From Mizuhopecten yessoensis (taxonomy: Eukaryota): a DNA stretch of 59,202 nt. A model generated the notes under the pieces. That model was given only the letters and a program-made list of their open reading frames with translations. It made no database searches and was not told the DNA's origin. Location of the stretch: contig NW_018408909.1 of the NCBI RefSeq assembly GCF_002113885.1, positions 842,005-901,206 on the forward strand, read 5' to 3'. The translations under genes were made by a program, and so were the position numbers. This document shows, one piece after another, positions 23,900-38,006 of this stretch. The number at the start of each line of letters is the position of its first letter. Position 1 is the stretch's first letter.

Positions 23900-24420
23900 G
23901 TTTATATTGTTTAACGTTCAGCTCAGATCATTTCAGGACGTGCCTCAATGCGTGTTGTGTATGCGTGCATGTGTGTATGTGTGACGAAGACAGGGTATGC
24001 TGTCGTATTTGCCTCCTTGTGATAGCGCGGAGCTGATGCCGACTTTATAGTGCTATCTCTTTGTGTATACCTTGCCGAAGGCACTCATCACAGCATTCCA
24101 TCCGGTCACATTATAGTAACAACGGATGAACCAGTTGTTGCCATTACCCTAAATACTGAACGTTGAACAGGGAATAGCAACTACCATTGTTAAGGACTTC
24201 GGTATGTCCCGGCCTAGGGACAGAACCCATTGCCTTCCTCACCTGGGCAAACAATCAATGCTAAATCACAAAGTGACCAAGGCGTTAAGAAATAAATAGT
24301 AGTAAGAAGGAGAGAGAAATCTAAAGATCCAGGATATTGAAAAGGGTGCTGCATATTTATTTTGGTCACTTTTGTGTCCCCGAGTAGAGGACACACGAAC
24401 AATTCCCAATTCTGCAGGAG
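23900..24420 (-). mobile_element. Degenerate SINE copy (same family as 52549-53091)
   Basis: Reverse complement aligns by eye with 52549-53091 (gatgccgactttatagtgcta, ccggtcacattata, actaccatt..aagac, gggacagaaccc). Confidence 0.7.
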
Positions 24421-25849
24421 GTTTTCACATTAGTCACCTGTTATTCTTTTCTCGATCCCGTCCTGCATGGTGCTAATGAAACAAAAACGTTTTATTAACA
24501 GGGCCTCCGGAAAACAAGATAGTTGGTACACTACAAACATATCATCAAAAACAGAAAATTAAATTAGAAATAAATTTAAGTTTAACTATGAGCAGAATTA
24601 AATCTCAATATTAAAACAAACTCAATATATCTGAGCTCAAACATGCAAAACGATCTCATTCTCAATTATCAGTCTATCCTTATATTCAGCTTTGATACAT
24701 CTATGTCCTCGTCCTCCATGCATTCCTTTTTTTAATTTTGCCCCCATGTTCATGCAGTGTTTGAAAAAGGTATATTTCTTTGCTGTATCCTATATCATAA
24801 TAATGCAACAAATCGGTGACCGTTGTAGAATCAGATTTTTTTTTACCTTTCTTTTTCTTATATGGCATTGCAGATACCAGTCTCGTCCTTGTATCATATA
24901 TTGCCCCTTTTCTAAATTCATCCCTTTATTTTATATGTTTTAGAATAATACTTTTTGTCCGAACCCTTTGTACGTTGAGAAACAAAGCTCAGTTGAATTG
25001 AAACAACATCTCTATTCGATTCTAGAAGTCACAGCATCGGCGTCAATAAAACGCTTTATCACTAAGGTCGTTTAACTGTGTCGTACGTCTCGCTGATAAC
25101 AGTTATCACAGGGGGAAACCTGCAATAATTTAATCTACGGCTTTATACTGTAATCATTATCCACTTTTCACACGTAATTGGTGATTGTGTGCACGTGATG
25201 TAATATGCCACCTGGGGGGTAATGTCATCTGTCCTGTCACGTGATGTAATACACAACCCGGGAGGTTATATCCTGTCTTGTCACGTGGTACTTAATCAGT
25301 TCAAGGTCTCTAGGATACAAACTCATATTGTAAACCAGTTACCTGCTGTGGTTTTCCAGTAATCATAAATTATGATCCGTCAACAAGCAGGCGAGGAGGA
25401 TGCTATTATATGTGTGCTAAGTTTACTAAAAGGCAGTGATAAATCTGAGTAGATATTATACAATAGAGATAACAGTTGTAACGTATATTAAATTAAACAT
25501 TTCCCTCACTGCCCTACTACCACTTCATCGTACTGCTTATTTCCTTGTACAGCATGTTCCTTCTCTGTGTCATAATGAGTTATATATAGTTCTAATATTA
25601 CTTGTCTGTTTAAGTTTGCAGGTATATAGTTTAGTGATCATATTACTCGTTTCCAAGTACATTTATATAATCTAGTATTGGAATTACTTGTTTGTTTGCA
25701 TAGACTTGTATAAAAATATTAACATTATTTTTTATGTTTCAAATTAAGTAATCGTATTGCTTCTCGTTTGGATACACTCTTATGAAAGGCAAACGACCTG
25801 GACTAAGATAATACAAGTAAGCTAAAAACTAACTGTACTGTTGTTGTGG

Positions 25850-28338
25850 TCTGTGTGTAGGGGCTGACCTGCGGAGGGTCGTGATAGAGGTGTTTGGTTT
25901 GGGGTGATATGGGGAGGGATGTGACCGAGGCCTGTGGAAAGGAAGTGTGACACGGGGAAGGTTTTGATACAGGCCTGTGGGTAGCGGCTGATACAGAGAG
26001 GGTTGCGATAGGGGCCTTTTGGTAGGAGCTGATTGTGAAATGATGCCTGGGGGAAGGGACTGATTATGAGATAAAGGCCAGTGGGTAGTGGGTGACATGG
26101 GGAGGGTTTTGATCACGGTCTATCGGTAGTGGCTGACATGGGGAGGGTTGTGATAGAGGCCTGTCGGTAGGGACTGACATGGGAAGGGTTGTGATAGAGG
26201 CCTGTCAGTAGGGGCTGACATGGGGAGGGTTGTGATAGAGACATATTGGTAGGGGCTGATTGTGAATGGAGGCCTGTTGGTAGGGGCTGATTGTAAATGG
26301 AGGCCTTTGGGTAGGGGCTGATTGTGAATGGGGGCCTTTGGGTAGGGGCTGATTGTGAATGGAGGCCTTTGGGTAGGGGTTGATTGTGAATGAAGGCCTT
26401 TTGGTAGGGGCTGATTGTGAATGGATGCCTTTGGGTAGGGGTTGATTGTGAATGGAGGCCTTTGGGTAGGGGCTGATTGAGAATGGATGCCTTTGGGTAG
26501 AGGTTGATTGTGAATGGAGGCCTTTGGGTAGGAGCTGATTGAGAATGGATGCCTTTGGGTAGGGGTTGATTGTGAATGGAGGCCTTTGGGTAGGGACTGA
26601 TTGAGAATGGAGGCCTTTGGGTAGGGGCTGATTGTGAATGGAGGCCTTTGGGTAGGGGCTGATTGTGAATGGGGGCCTTTGGGTAGGGGCTGATTGTGAA
26701 TGGAGGCCTTTGGGTAGGGGTTGATTGTGAATGAAGGCCTTTTGGTAGGGGCTGATTGTGAATGGATGCCTTTGGGTAGGGGTTGATTGTGAATGGAGGC
26801 CTTTGGGTAGGGGCTGATTGAGAATGGATGCCTTTGGGTAGGGGTTGATTGTGAATGGAGGCCTTTGGGTAGGGGCTGATTGAGAATGGAGGCCTTTGGG
26901 TAGGGGCTGATTGTGAATGGAGGCCTTTGGGTAGGGGCTGATTGTGAATGGAGGCCTTTGGGTAGGGGCTGATTGTGAATGGAGGCCTTTGGGTAGGGGC
27001 TGATTGTGAATGGAGGCCTTTGGGTAGGGGCTGATTGTGAATGGAGGCCTTTGGGTAGGGGCTGATTGTGAATGGAGGCCTTTGGGTAGGGGCTGATTGT
27101 GAATGGAGGCCTTTGGGTAGGGGCTGATTGTGAATGGAGGCCTTTGGGTAGGGGTTGATTGTGAATGGAGGCCTTTGGGTAGGGGCTGATTGTGAATGGA
27201 GGCCTTTGGGTAGGGGCTGATTGTGAATGGAGGCCTTTGGGTAGGGGCTGATTGTGAATGGAGGCCTTTGGGTAGGGGCTGATTGTGAATGGAGGCCTTT
27301 GGGTAGGGGCTGATTGTGAATGGAGGCCTTTGGGTAGGGGCTGATTGTGAATGGAGGCCTTTGGGTAGGGGCTGATTGTGAATGGAGGCCTTTGGGTAGG
27401 GGCTGATTGTGAATGGAGGCCTTTGGGTAGGGGTTGATTGTGAATGGAGGCCTTTGGGTAGGGGCTGATTGTGAATGGAGGCCTTTGGGTAGGGGCTGAT
27501 TGTGAATGGAGGCCTTTGGGTAGGGGCTGATTGTGAATGGATGCCTTTGGGTAGGGGTTGATTGTGAATGGAGGCCTTTGGGTAGGGGCTGATTGAGAAT
27601 GGAGGCCTTTGGGTAGGGGCTGATTGTGAATGAAGGCCTTTGGGTAGGGGCTGATTGTGAATGGATGCCTTTGGGGAGGGGGTGATTGTGAATAGAGGCC
27701 TTTGGGGAGGGGCTGATTGTGAATGGAGGCCTTAGGGTAGGGGTTGATTGTGAATAGAGGCCTTTGGGTAGGGGCTGATTGTGAATGGAGGCCTTTGGGT
27801 AGGGGCTGATTGTGAATGGAGGCCTTAGGGTAGGGGCTGATTGTGAATAGAGGCCTTTGGGTAGGGGCTGATTGTGAATGGATGCCTTTGGGAAGGGGTT
27901 GATTGTGAATGGAGGCCTTTGGGTAGGGGTTGATTGTGAATGGAGGACTTTGGGTAGGGGCTGATTGGGAATGGAGGCCTTTGGGTAGGGGCTGATTGTG
28001 AATAGAGGCCTTTGGGTAGGGGCTGATTGTGAATGGAGGCCTTTGGGTAGGGGCTGATTGTGAATAGAGGCCTTTGGGTAGGGGCTGATTGTTAATTGAT
28101 GCCTTTGGGTAGGGGTTGATTGTGAATGGAGGCCTTTGGGTAGGGGCTGATTGAGAATGGAGGCCTTTGGGTAGGGGCTGATTGTGAATGAAGGCCTTTG
28201 GGTAGGGGCTGATTGAGAATGGATGCCTTTGGGTAGGGGTTGATTGTGAATGGAGGCCTTTGGGTAGGGGCTGATTGTGAATGGAGGCTATTGGGTAGGG
28301 GCTGATTGTGAATGGAGGCCTTTGGGTAGGGGCTGATT
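25850..28338. repeat. G-rich 31-bp minisatellite (about 67 units from ~26250) with a degenerate longer-unit left edge
   Basis: Unit gaggcctttgggtaggggctgattgtgaatg. It explains the 757-aa minus-strand repeat ORF. Confidence 0.97.
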
Positions 28339-28784
28339 GGTACGTGGTTTCAAGAGGCAGCAGTCGAGGCAAAACGTTCCTCCTGACTGTCATCGCTATT
28401 TCACAGCTGATACTGTCAAGTCGGGTACAGGATCGATATTAGTAACCCACAACCTCGGGCGTGCAGAGTGTCGGCAGAAACCGGTAAATTGGTCTATTTA
28501 CTTATTCTTTAGGCGCCTAATTAGTGTTCATTAGAGACATTCATTACCATGGACATATATCACGCTCAGTTTCACACATTTATGTCAACAGATGCGGCCG
28601 CAAACATATGGTCAATGCTACAATCAATCCTGTTGAACTAGGAATGTCAGAAACACGTGCAATGGACTCGACCGCATCTATAACCATCAATAGCGATAAA
28701 GCCGTTATAGTTAGATCACTGACCGCCGTAACAGGGTGGGCAGTTTAGCATGGTGTTTCGTACGTGAGGAGGCCAGACCTGGCT

Positions 28785-29006
28785 ATGACAAGGGCCACGT
28801 GGAATGAAAAATACCCCGAGCAGGAACCCCGTCCTCCGGCGCTGGATCTTTCCACGGCGATTCTAGGGGCGGGGATTTTTATTGTTGCGCTCATCATTTT
28901 GGCGGTCGGACTGATTATCGGACTCCAGTTTCCAGACTTCGCCCAAAATCGTGTGATTGAAGAACAATGTGTGACCAGTACAGAGCACGAACTATTCACC
29001 GAATGG
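28785..29006 (+). CDS. CD36/SR-B family receptor, exon 1 (cytoplasmic N-terminus and TM1)
   Basis: MTRATW..AILGAGIFIVALIILAVGLIIGLQFP..ELFTEW|gtaagt. The TM helix followed by a Trp is typical of the family N-terminus. The start codon is inferred. Confidence 0.82.
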
Positions 29007-32000
29007 GTAAGTACTGTTTCTCTTTACACACAATTTGTGTCCTGTTTTAAAGGTTGATTTAATATAAAACAGAGTATAGGGCGACAAAGGCCGTTACAAG
29101 CACTCACTTCGTTTGTGAGCAAACGTATATAAATTGTGTATTTCAGACAAAATTTAAGATATAAGTAACAGGAATTTGCATTTACAAATAACTTTTATTA
29201 AACGCGATTGTGCTTTAAAGAGTGGATTGTGGGCTATGAGCTACACACACTAATCACTCAGTACTATGTACGGTGTATTACCACAGCTGTAAATATGTCT
29301 CCTATTCATTAATTTATTGTACTGCTGGTCGCTGAACATTCACTTGAGGTATTTCATAATTGTAATATTTCTCCTTTTGATTTTCATGTTGAATACAGTT
29401 CTGTGTTTATGCTGATGGCAGTTTACTTGTGGTATTTCATACCGTTTATATTTCATGTTGTAGCCATGTTCCTGTGCTATTTCATATTGTTGATATTTCT
29501 ACTTTAATTGTTGTGTTCATTACAGCTAACTATTTTTTTGAGTTGATGACAGTTTCTTTTGGTATTATTCGGTTAATATCTAGGTTTTTCCTGTTGTTGC
29601 CAGTACCCCTGAGGTATTTAATGTCCGTATTTATCACCACATGAATTCATCTTTATACTTCTATTTCGTTCTTTCATCTCCAATCGACCGTTCAATGTTA
29701 TCAAAGTGTAAATCTGATTATTGAATGTTGTATGCGACATTTTGAACTTTCTAACACACTGTTATTGAATATCGCAAAATAGGCGTCAACAACATCAGGT
29801 ACATTTCTAAATAGCAGAATTCCATTTCATTTGATTAATTCATCAGCAGTGAACGCCGCTAGACAATTCTAGTAAAAGGATGGTCAAACAATTACAATTA
29901 TCTACGTTATTCTTCTAGGATCGTGACCCAGTCTCGGCCATTCATGTTAATACATTCAACACGCTACTGTTTATGGGAGAGACTGGTGTCATTTCTATTG
30001 TCCAGATCTGTATTAGTTGTCAGGTTTTGTCTCTACATCACGATTCGCTCTCACTGATTTTTACATCGCATTGTTTCCCCCCGATCCCGTCTATGAATAA
30101 TTTATCGCGATTTGGTCCACAGTTCAGGAAGCTATGAAACACTAATGAAAAATTAATGACTGGCAGGCGATTTCCAATTCTACCAGGTTTAAAACATTGT
30201 GGTACCTATATCGACATTCACCTTTAGAGCCTATATATTTACCTGTACCAAGGGGACTATCTATTTAGGCCATCACGGTACAAATCAGCATTGCTTCGTG
30301 TTCAAACGCGATATTTGTCTTGTAATGGTCTTAGCATGATTTTCAACAATTAAGTAAAGTACGGCCATGCTAAGGTAGATATGGAATTGACCTACACCTG
30401 CTGACATCTCCTACATACCACGTATGCATGATCCCTAGTTGAAATTACAGTTGGAAAACACTAAACAAAGGACATGCGATACTTGTGGGACTAAACTGCG
30501 CTGATGTTGACAACGGATATATACAGCTGGGATTGGAAACGTATATACTATCCAACACAGGGGAATTAATTATCCTCCAATATGGTGCAAAATCCAACAA
30601 ATCTTTATAAAATATCAGAGCTACCCTTAGTGGGTACACTCAGAATTACTTACAATACTCTTACATGTATGTAGTACTACACACAGTCATAATCCATTAC
30701 TATATTAACACACCCTTATCTTAGCACGTACATGATCAAAATTTATTATTACAATATTTATCTTAATAATAAGAATTTCCGCACTTTGTGTCTGCCGGCT
30801 ATGTTTCCTTTTTTCACAATTGTTAAGTATATAACATAAAATTTTATACTTAACATACAGAGTATTGATCAAAAATTGCATCTATAACTATGCAACGATG
30901 AAGTATTCCAAAACAGCATTTAAAAATGCCTACAATTCCTTTGGAATATTTCTTTTTAATATGAGCCTACATGCTTAAACGCCAACCGGAATTTAAACTG
31001 ACACACTGGGAAAGAAAGCTTTCAAAATTAAACAAGGAGAGCGTTGATACATTTTTGAGGAGAGGATGCTCAAGATTAATCGAAAGATTGTTCGAGTTCT
31101 CCAAAATCCACATTCACTTAATTCCACTGCTAGAGTATTTATTGTCACAATGCTACTGTTACCCTGATAGAATGGTACTGAGAAGGAAAGAAGGAAATAC
31201 ATTTGGATAACGGCTTAGTTGAGCAACTAGCAGTCCCGTCGATGACACGTTGTAATGGGAATTCTTGTGAAGTTTTTAAATCCAATGCAAACAAGGAATG
31301 TCCATGTTTTTATCATTAATTGGTATTCGGATATATGATTATACATAAGCATGATTTGATAGTATTTTTTCTTTCAAAAAACCCGAAGTTTAGTAGGTAT
31401 GGTTTCCTTGGTTATCAAGCAAAACCTAGTGTTATTTTTACAAACAGAAAATGGTATAGTGGCTGCAGGCAAAGTATAAGTTAGACGCTTTTTCTGCAGC
31501 CACAACTAAATACAGATCGTTGAGTGTGGTTAAGACATCGGGGTCAAGAAATACTGTGTCTTGTGTTTTAAATTATTTTCATTTTGGACTCGAGCTGTTA
31601 ATTGTTTTTGAATGATGGAAATGATATATCAAACACACTATGAAAGTGAATCGAATTCAGCATGCTTTCGTTTTGCACATTGTCTGGCGTAGTCTTCCAC
31701 AATAAAACATTAGTATCTTGAACTTCGCATTCGAATTCAAGTAGGATTTTCTCGATATTTTGATCCCTTTATGAAGGTACTCATATCTTTGCATATGGCT
31801 AATACCTAGATCGCAAGGCACTTAGGAAATTTAATCAGCTGGACCATAGTTGTATTGGGATGTGAAATAAGATGATGCAGAAATCTTGAAATTATTCTCA
31901 GTCATCTAAATTGAAATTTTGTAGCATTTTTCTTGTTTATAAAAAGCTTGGGTTTAGAATATCTGTAAGAATTTATCTGGGTATTATTTATCTGAAGTAG

Positions 32001-33294
32001 GATGGTATGTTTCCCAAACTATAGCTTCTCTCATGTCTTGACTGGGGTTGAAAACAGTCAATCATTTGTCTATTATGAGTTAGCCGCCATTCGTAATTAC
32101 TCAAATTGCAATCAGAAAGAAGTGGTGGCGAGGTTCAAAATTTCGTACTGGGATCGCATTGATTTAATACTTAACATTGAACATGTCTGATTTTAACTGA
32201 CAACAGCTGTTATAGCTAACATTTTCCCTAAAAGATAAAACATAATGAAAACAGATTGCAAATATAGGGATATCAATGCAAGATATGCTATTAGCACATA
32301 CGAATTTAATAATATAATGATACCTACACACTCTACATTTTAATATTGCAAATCCACCGTAGAATGTTATTTAGACGAAGCTCAGTTAAAACAAATGCAG
32401 TTGATATAATGTCACAGAATTACATCTTTGTTTTTAAAGCAAACTCTACATAGAGAACCTTCTCATACTTTACAAATCCCAACTGTGTACGGTGCAGGTG
32501 CCTGTCCGGTTCATCGTCGATTCCGATGCAGCTGAGTGTGAGGGTGTACATGTAAAAATATAAACTGATGCATTGAGAGACTCAATTGTTTTAATTTGTT
32601 AATAAATTTAATTATTTGTCCACCAAGCCGTTTTTATTGACATTTCTATAACATCGCCACGTTTTCTGAAAGGACAACGTCATTTCAATGATGAGCAGGT
32701 CTACCGGACATTGCGTCGGACATTGTAAGCACAAGTTAGGTCAGATTGAGCCGGTTTTTTTAGTGTTTTGTTTTCGTTTACAAATTAATGAGTTCTTAGT
32801 AAAAAGACTATTACTATTTTGAAAATGTTTGTAGATTTGTAGATTTGTATTTGTAGATAAAGTTCCCACCTTTCGATCCGTATAACATAAGAATATATTG
32901 TATTCCCTACACACACGAAGACATTGATTGGTGTATCAACCCGGAGAGGGTGGTTGAATCACCAGAAGTAGACATATATTTGAACAATGATTGCCTATGT
33001 GACTATTCAGAATAACTACCTAACAATCGACTTCTTTGCATACCAGGCTATATATTTTCTCATGTTGTATTACTCTTAATACACATGCTATACATTTTGC
33101 TATTCGTTCTTACGTTTAAATGAACACGGATAAATAAATCTTTTTTGACAGATATTCAAGACCTTCTTGTTTTTTGGTGTTTTGTGTGTTATTTTAATCA
33201 CAAAACAGCTGTTGAACTTTTTCATTTAAATTGTTTTATCAATGCAACGCTATTGTGGTAAAACTGAAGAGAATCGTACAAGCTACGAGGTTTT

Positions 33295-33880
33295 TAACCT
33301 CGCCATGTTTCCTCCGACTCACTATGGGCTATGGACTGTTAACATCTCCATGTTTCCTCCGACTCACTATGGGCTGTGGACTGTTAACATCGCCATGTTT
33401 CCCCCGACTCACTATGGGCTATGGACTGTTAACATCGCCATGTTTCCTCCGATTCACTATGGGCTATGGACTGTTAACATCACCATGTTTCCTCCGACTC
33501 ACTATGGGCTATGGACTGTTAACATCGCCATGTTTCCCCCGACACACTATGGGCTATGGACTGTTAACGTCGCCATGTTTTCTCCGACTCACTATGGGCT
33601 ATGGACTGTTAACATCGCCATGTTTCCTCGGACTCACTATGGGCTATGGACTGTTAACGTCGCCATGTTTTCTCCGACTCCCTATGGGCTATGGACTGTT
33701 AACATCCCCATGTTTCCCCCGACGCACTATGGGCTATGGACTGTTAACATCCCCATGTTTCCTCCGACTCACTATTGGCTATGGACTTGTAACATCGCCA
33801 TGTTTCCCCCGACACACTATGGGCTATGGACTGTTAACATCGCCATGTTTCCTCCGACTCACTATGGGCTATGGACTGTT
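33295..33880. repeat. 45-bp minisatellite, 13 copies, in CD36-like intron 1
   Basis: Unit cgccatgtttcctccgactcactatgggctatggactgttaacat. Confidence 0.96.
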
Positions 33881-34122
33881 GTAAGTGAAACTAAATTTAG
33901 CTCGCCTGGCTTCTTCATAGATTAAATAAAATTTCAAATATTATTTTTTTAACTTCGTATTTCTATTGCTCATTTACTGTTCAGACCCTCAATATTGATG
34001 TTGTCTAGCCGGACATACATTTTGTAGCTCTCATTAAGCTAAATTATAGAATTTCCCTAGGGAATGTGTAAAAGCATGACACCAATGTTATTAATGCCAA
34101 CGGTTAATTACAGTGAAAAGTC

Positions 34123-34329
34123 TGTCTTCGGCAGTATGTTTCAGTGAGGTAGCACTATAGAGTCGGCATCAGTTCCGCCCTATCACAAGGAGACAAACAC
34201 GAACATATCGCAGCCTCCCAAAATACACACACATACACTACACGCATGCATCTTGCACACAGGGGAGGCCGTCCTTAAATGACCTTAGCTGTTAATAGGA
34301 CGTTAAACAAAATCAAACAAACAAACAAA
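34123..34329 (+). mobile_element. 5'-truncated SINE copy
   Basis: Nearly identical to 52884-53090, including the gttaataggacgttaaacaaaatc(aaac)n tail. Confidence 0.88.
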
Positions 34330-35832
34330 GTCTAGCATTTAATGTCGTTTCAAACAGGAATAAGAATTAAATTGTTTTCGTCATTTATGATCTGTTGAGT
34401 AAATTAAGTGACAATTAAGGTGAACTAATAGAACAAACGAGGAGAGAGCAAAGTTAATGGTTCTCTAAATACCGGCCAACTAACTCCTGCACGCTGCCTA
34501 TTTTACCATCAATATACGTTTACATGACTTCCGAGATGCCATAATTAGCTCCCATACTGCATACCTGTGTAAGTAGGGGATTACTTGATTTAAGGTCACC
34601 GTTTGATCAAACCCGGGATGAACATTTTAGACATCTAAAAACGTCGATATTCCGAGGCTAATTCCACTGGATCCGCATGTTGTTTCATTAGCTTCAAACT
34701 GACCTAAACATCTAACAGGCTTATTTTTTATTCAATTTGAATCTAACCTATCACCGGCAGTCTAGTACCTGTACATTGTATATGAAAGGATTAATTAATT
34801 TTTGTAAGATTGTAATTTATTTGTATTCGAAGATCAAATTTCTAATATCAGGGAAATTGCTCTTCAGTGATTAAAACCTCTTTTATGCATCTAAAATTAA
34901 CCCTATAATGATCCTTCACCATATTGCGTTATCACTTAAATAAGCAAATTCTTAAAATTTGCGTGTATGAAACTTGAGGTTTACCTGGAGTCTGGTTAAC
35001 CAACAGAGTTTATATACGATGTCAGTCATCTGGACAGCTCAATGTAATGGACTTTTAATACAACTATATTCGCCCGAGTGTTTCTGACCCACACGAGTGG
35101 AAGAGCAAAGCTGACAGCTCCCATGGGACCCATGCAGCAAATGTTGATGACGACATATATGAGTCAGTTATTTTCTGTGAACACGTGACCGGAGGGTACA
35201 TAATGGGTACATCTCATGCATCTATATCCTACAAAAGTGATTAATTGCGCATATCTGTACATGTATATCTGATTTTATAAAGAACATTGTAACATTGACA
35301 TGCAGATTAAGACAACACTTCAATAGCGTGTGTTTATCCAAAACATACCGACGTTATGAATAAATCTTGTTTATTCAGTAAACGCGCTTAATTTTTGTTT
35401 GTTAAACAGTCCTCTAGTGTTTTCTTTCCTGTTACGTCATTTCCGGGATGCAGGACATTCTATTTCTGACATGTAAACATGTTTATGATTCCTGAAGAAA
35501 AAGAGAGGGTGTCAGTCAGTTAAATGACCAACTTTTAAGAATTCATTTTGTGTGTGTTGCAAAGAGTTAATGCTTGAATTTAAGGAAAGTTAAAAAATTG
35601 AAAATTTATTTATATTGCAGCTTTCATTGAGTGAAAGTATTTATTTTTGGTATTTTGTTACAGCTTTCGATAATCGAATGAAATTGAGTGTGTGAATGTT
35701 GGAATTGATATCTTTGCCTGCTGCAGATTTTCGAATGTATGATAAAGGTTTTGGAGAGTGGATTGAATTGATAAGTTGTCACGTTTACCGGTTCGGAAAG
35801 AGAATAGAACTGATAAGTTTTGTATGTTACAG

Positions 35833-35925
35833 GTTACGGAGAGTGAATGGAACCGCTATAACAAACTATATTACTGGGTGGTCACAAACCCATCCGGAGT
35901 CCTGTACAACGGTCAGAAACCAGTG
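35833..35925 (+). CDS. CD36/SR-B family receptor, exon 2
   Basis: ttacag|VTESEWNRYNKLYYWVVTNPSGVLYNGQKPV|gtcagt, matching the family motif y.F.vTNP..vl.gG.kP. 93 nt. Confidence 0.85.
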
Positions 35926-36726
35926 GTCAGTACATTTATTAACACTGGCAATGGTCAGTATCAACTGAGTCTTATCAAAATCTTTGGTAAAAGTAGAAGA
36001 AAAATGTCAATAATGAAGAGGATATGGAAATCCCAAATCCTTGATATCTACATATGATAAACTCTATTGATCTTAGATGGTATATCATATATTATTGTAT
36101 ATATAATATATCTGATGTCGTATATGCTATATAATATATCAAATATAACATTTAAGATATGTAATATTTCAAAACAGATATGTAACATCATATTATGAAT
36201 TTTAAAATCGACATCGCTCATTGGATAAGTTGTGTTGCCATAATTAAATACAGCGGATGGTGAAAGTATAAATAAACCCGGAACTCCTTGAATTTGCATA
36301 ACGGCAATCTCCTCCTAATTAGATTGTAATCCGTTAATTTGGTGTATACTTCGTAAGTCAATAAAATTGTGGACATGAAATATCATCGTCTGTCTATGTG
36401 TAACTTATCAATTGATTTGGACTTAAATTAGGGCATTTATAATAATTTAACATGTTCGACATTGAGCAGATATCTTTTGACAGAACATGGTATATTTAGC
36501 GACAAGTTCTATGCTTCCGAGTTTCATCAAATCTAAGATATTTTTTAATATCTTAAACCACTAATATTTACTTGAATTTTTCGCGTTAGCTATCAATTAA
36601 CCCGAGACAAGTCATAAAAGTTAATCCATTAATCGTGACCACAAAATGAAAATTTAATCTGCTATTGTAACTATACAAAATACGTAAGAAATATTTGAGT
36701 CAACAAATTTTGTTCTTGTTTTTCAG

Positions 36727-36882
36727 CTCTCACAGCGTGGCCCATATGTATATCGTGAATACCGACACAAGACGGCCATTTTGTTTTCCAAGTCACGTGT
36801 TAGTTTCAGCAATAACATCAGTCAGATTTTTGACGTCACTGCTACAAAGTCTCAGTGCGCCGACTGTTCGGAGACTGATACG
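36727..36882 (+). CDS. CD36/SR-B family receptor, exon 3
   Basis: tttcag|LSQRGPYVYREYRHK..SETDT|gtacgt, containing the hallmark GPYVYRE. 156 nt. Confidence 0.9.
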
Positions 36883-38006
36883 GTACGTACTCCAGATTTA
36901 ACGCTACCATGTTATTCAGTTAATATGCATGTCGCATATTTTGGCGTATTAGCTCATTTAAAAGCACCCATAATGACGTCAAATTGAAACAATGGACGTG
37001 CCGTCATGACAGTGAGACGTCACAATGACATAAAAACATGACAACATTAAATACTTGATGATAGCCAGATAAAATCCGTTTTCAAAGTAAAGGGGAACAT
37101 AAAATAGACCAAAGAATCATTCGTTACCCAACAATCTTTCTGTCTCACCTACAAACTGTTTTCTTTGCAATTTTGTTTCTCCTGTCTTTCAATGATCTTA
37201 GCTATTTTGAGGACATAAACCAAGACAAAAGCAAAAAAACACATATTTAAGACCTTGATATGATATAAACTGCATCTGGCGACTTTGGGGTCGAAACACC
37301 TCCGTACTTTTGCTCGCATTGAGTCTGCAGCATTACTAGTTAGTGGACAAAACAAAACATGTCACGTTAGATGTTTGTCTTACTGCATTGTTGTTTATTT
37401 AACATTAGTAACAAATCAGGACGTTAGCGAAATAAGCGAGCACGAACCGATTAGAAATACATTCAAATACTCGTGTAGTCATTCTAGGAAATGCCCCCGC
37501 AGAGAGATTCTCGAGCACGTATATTGACTGGTCTAATCACTTTGCACGATGTATGGTGTTTGTGTTGTTTTGCTGTGAAAAGTGGCTGTTATGCAATACC
37601 ATTATTCTGCCGTGGTTTGCGTCTTACGAAATTCCTTGATCTCTTGATGCCACGAGATACAAAGACGAAGACGGTTTAATTCTGGTTAGCTTGACGTAAC
37701 CGTGATATTATTCCAGCAGTTCGTATGTTCTACTTTAATTCTAATTCAAATTTTCAAAAGGTGTATTTCAGTATTAAAAATACTAAAATTAGGACAAAAA
37801 TGGATATCGAAGAACTTTTTTTTAAGATAAGAGAATAAAATCTTTGCCCTTTTAGATTATGCAGTTGTTAACTCATACACACGATGCTGTTTATCGGTGA
37901 TGTAATCAGCTGTTCCTGAGTTGACATAAGATTTACGGGTAACTGGGATACTGACGCCCTTTACACCATTAATCAATAGACGTTAAACGGTTTGTCTCTG
38001 TTACAG

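Noticed and set aside
26120-28393. 757-aa Pro/Gln/Ser-rich ORF
   Set aside because: It is the translation of the 31-bp minisatellite cycling through three frames, has a non-ATG start, and shows no evidence of being a gene.
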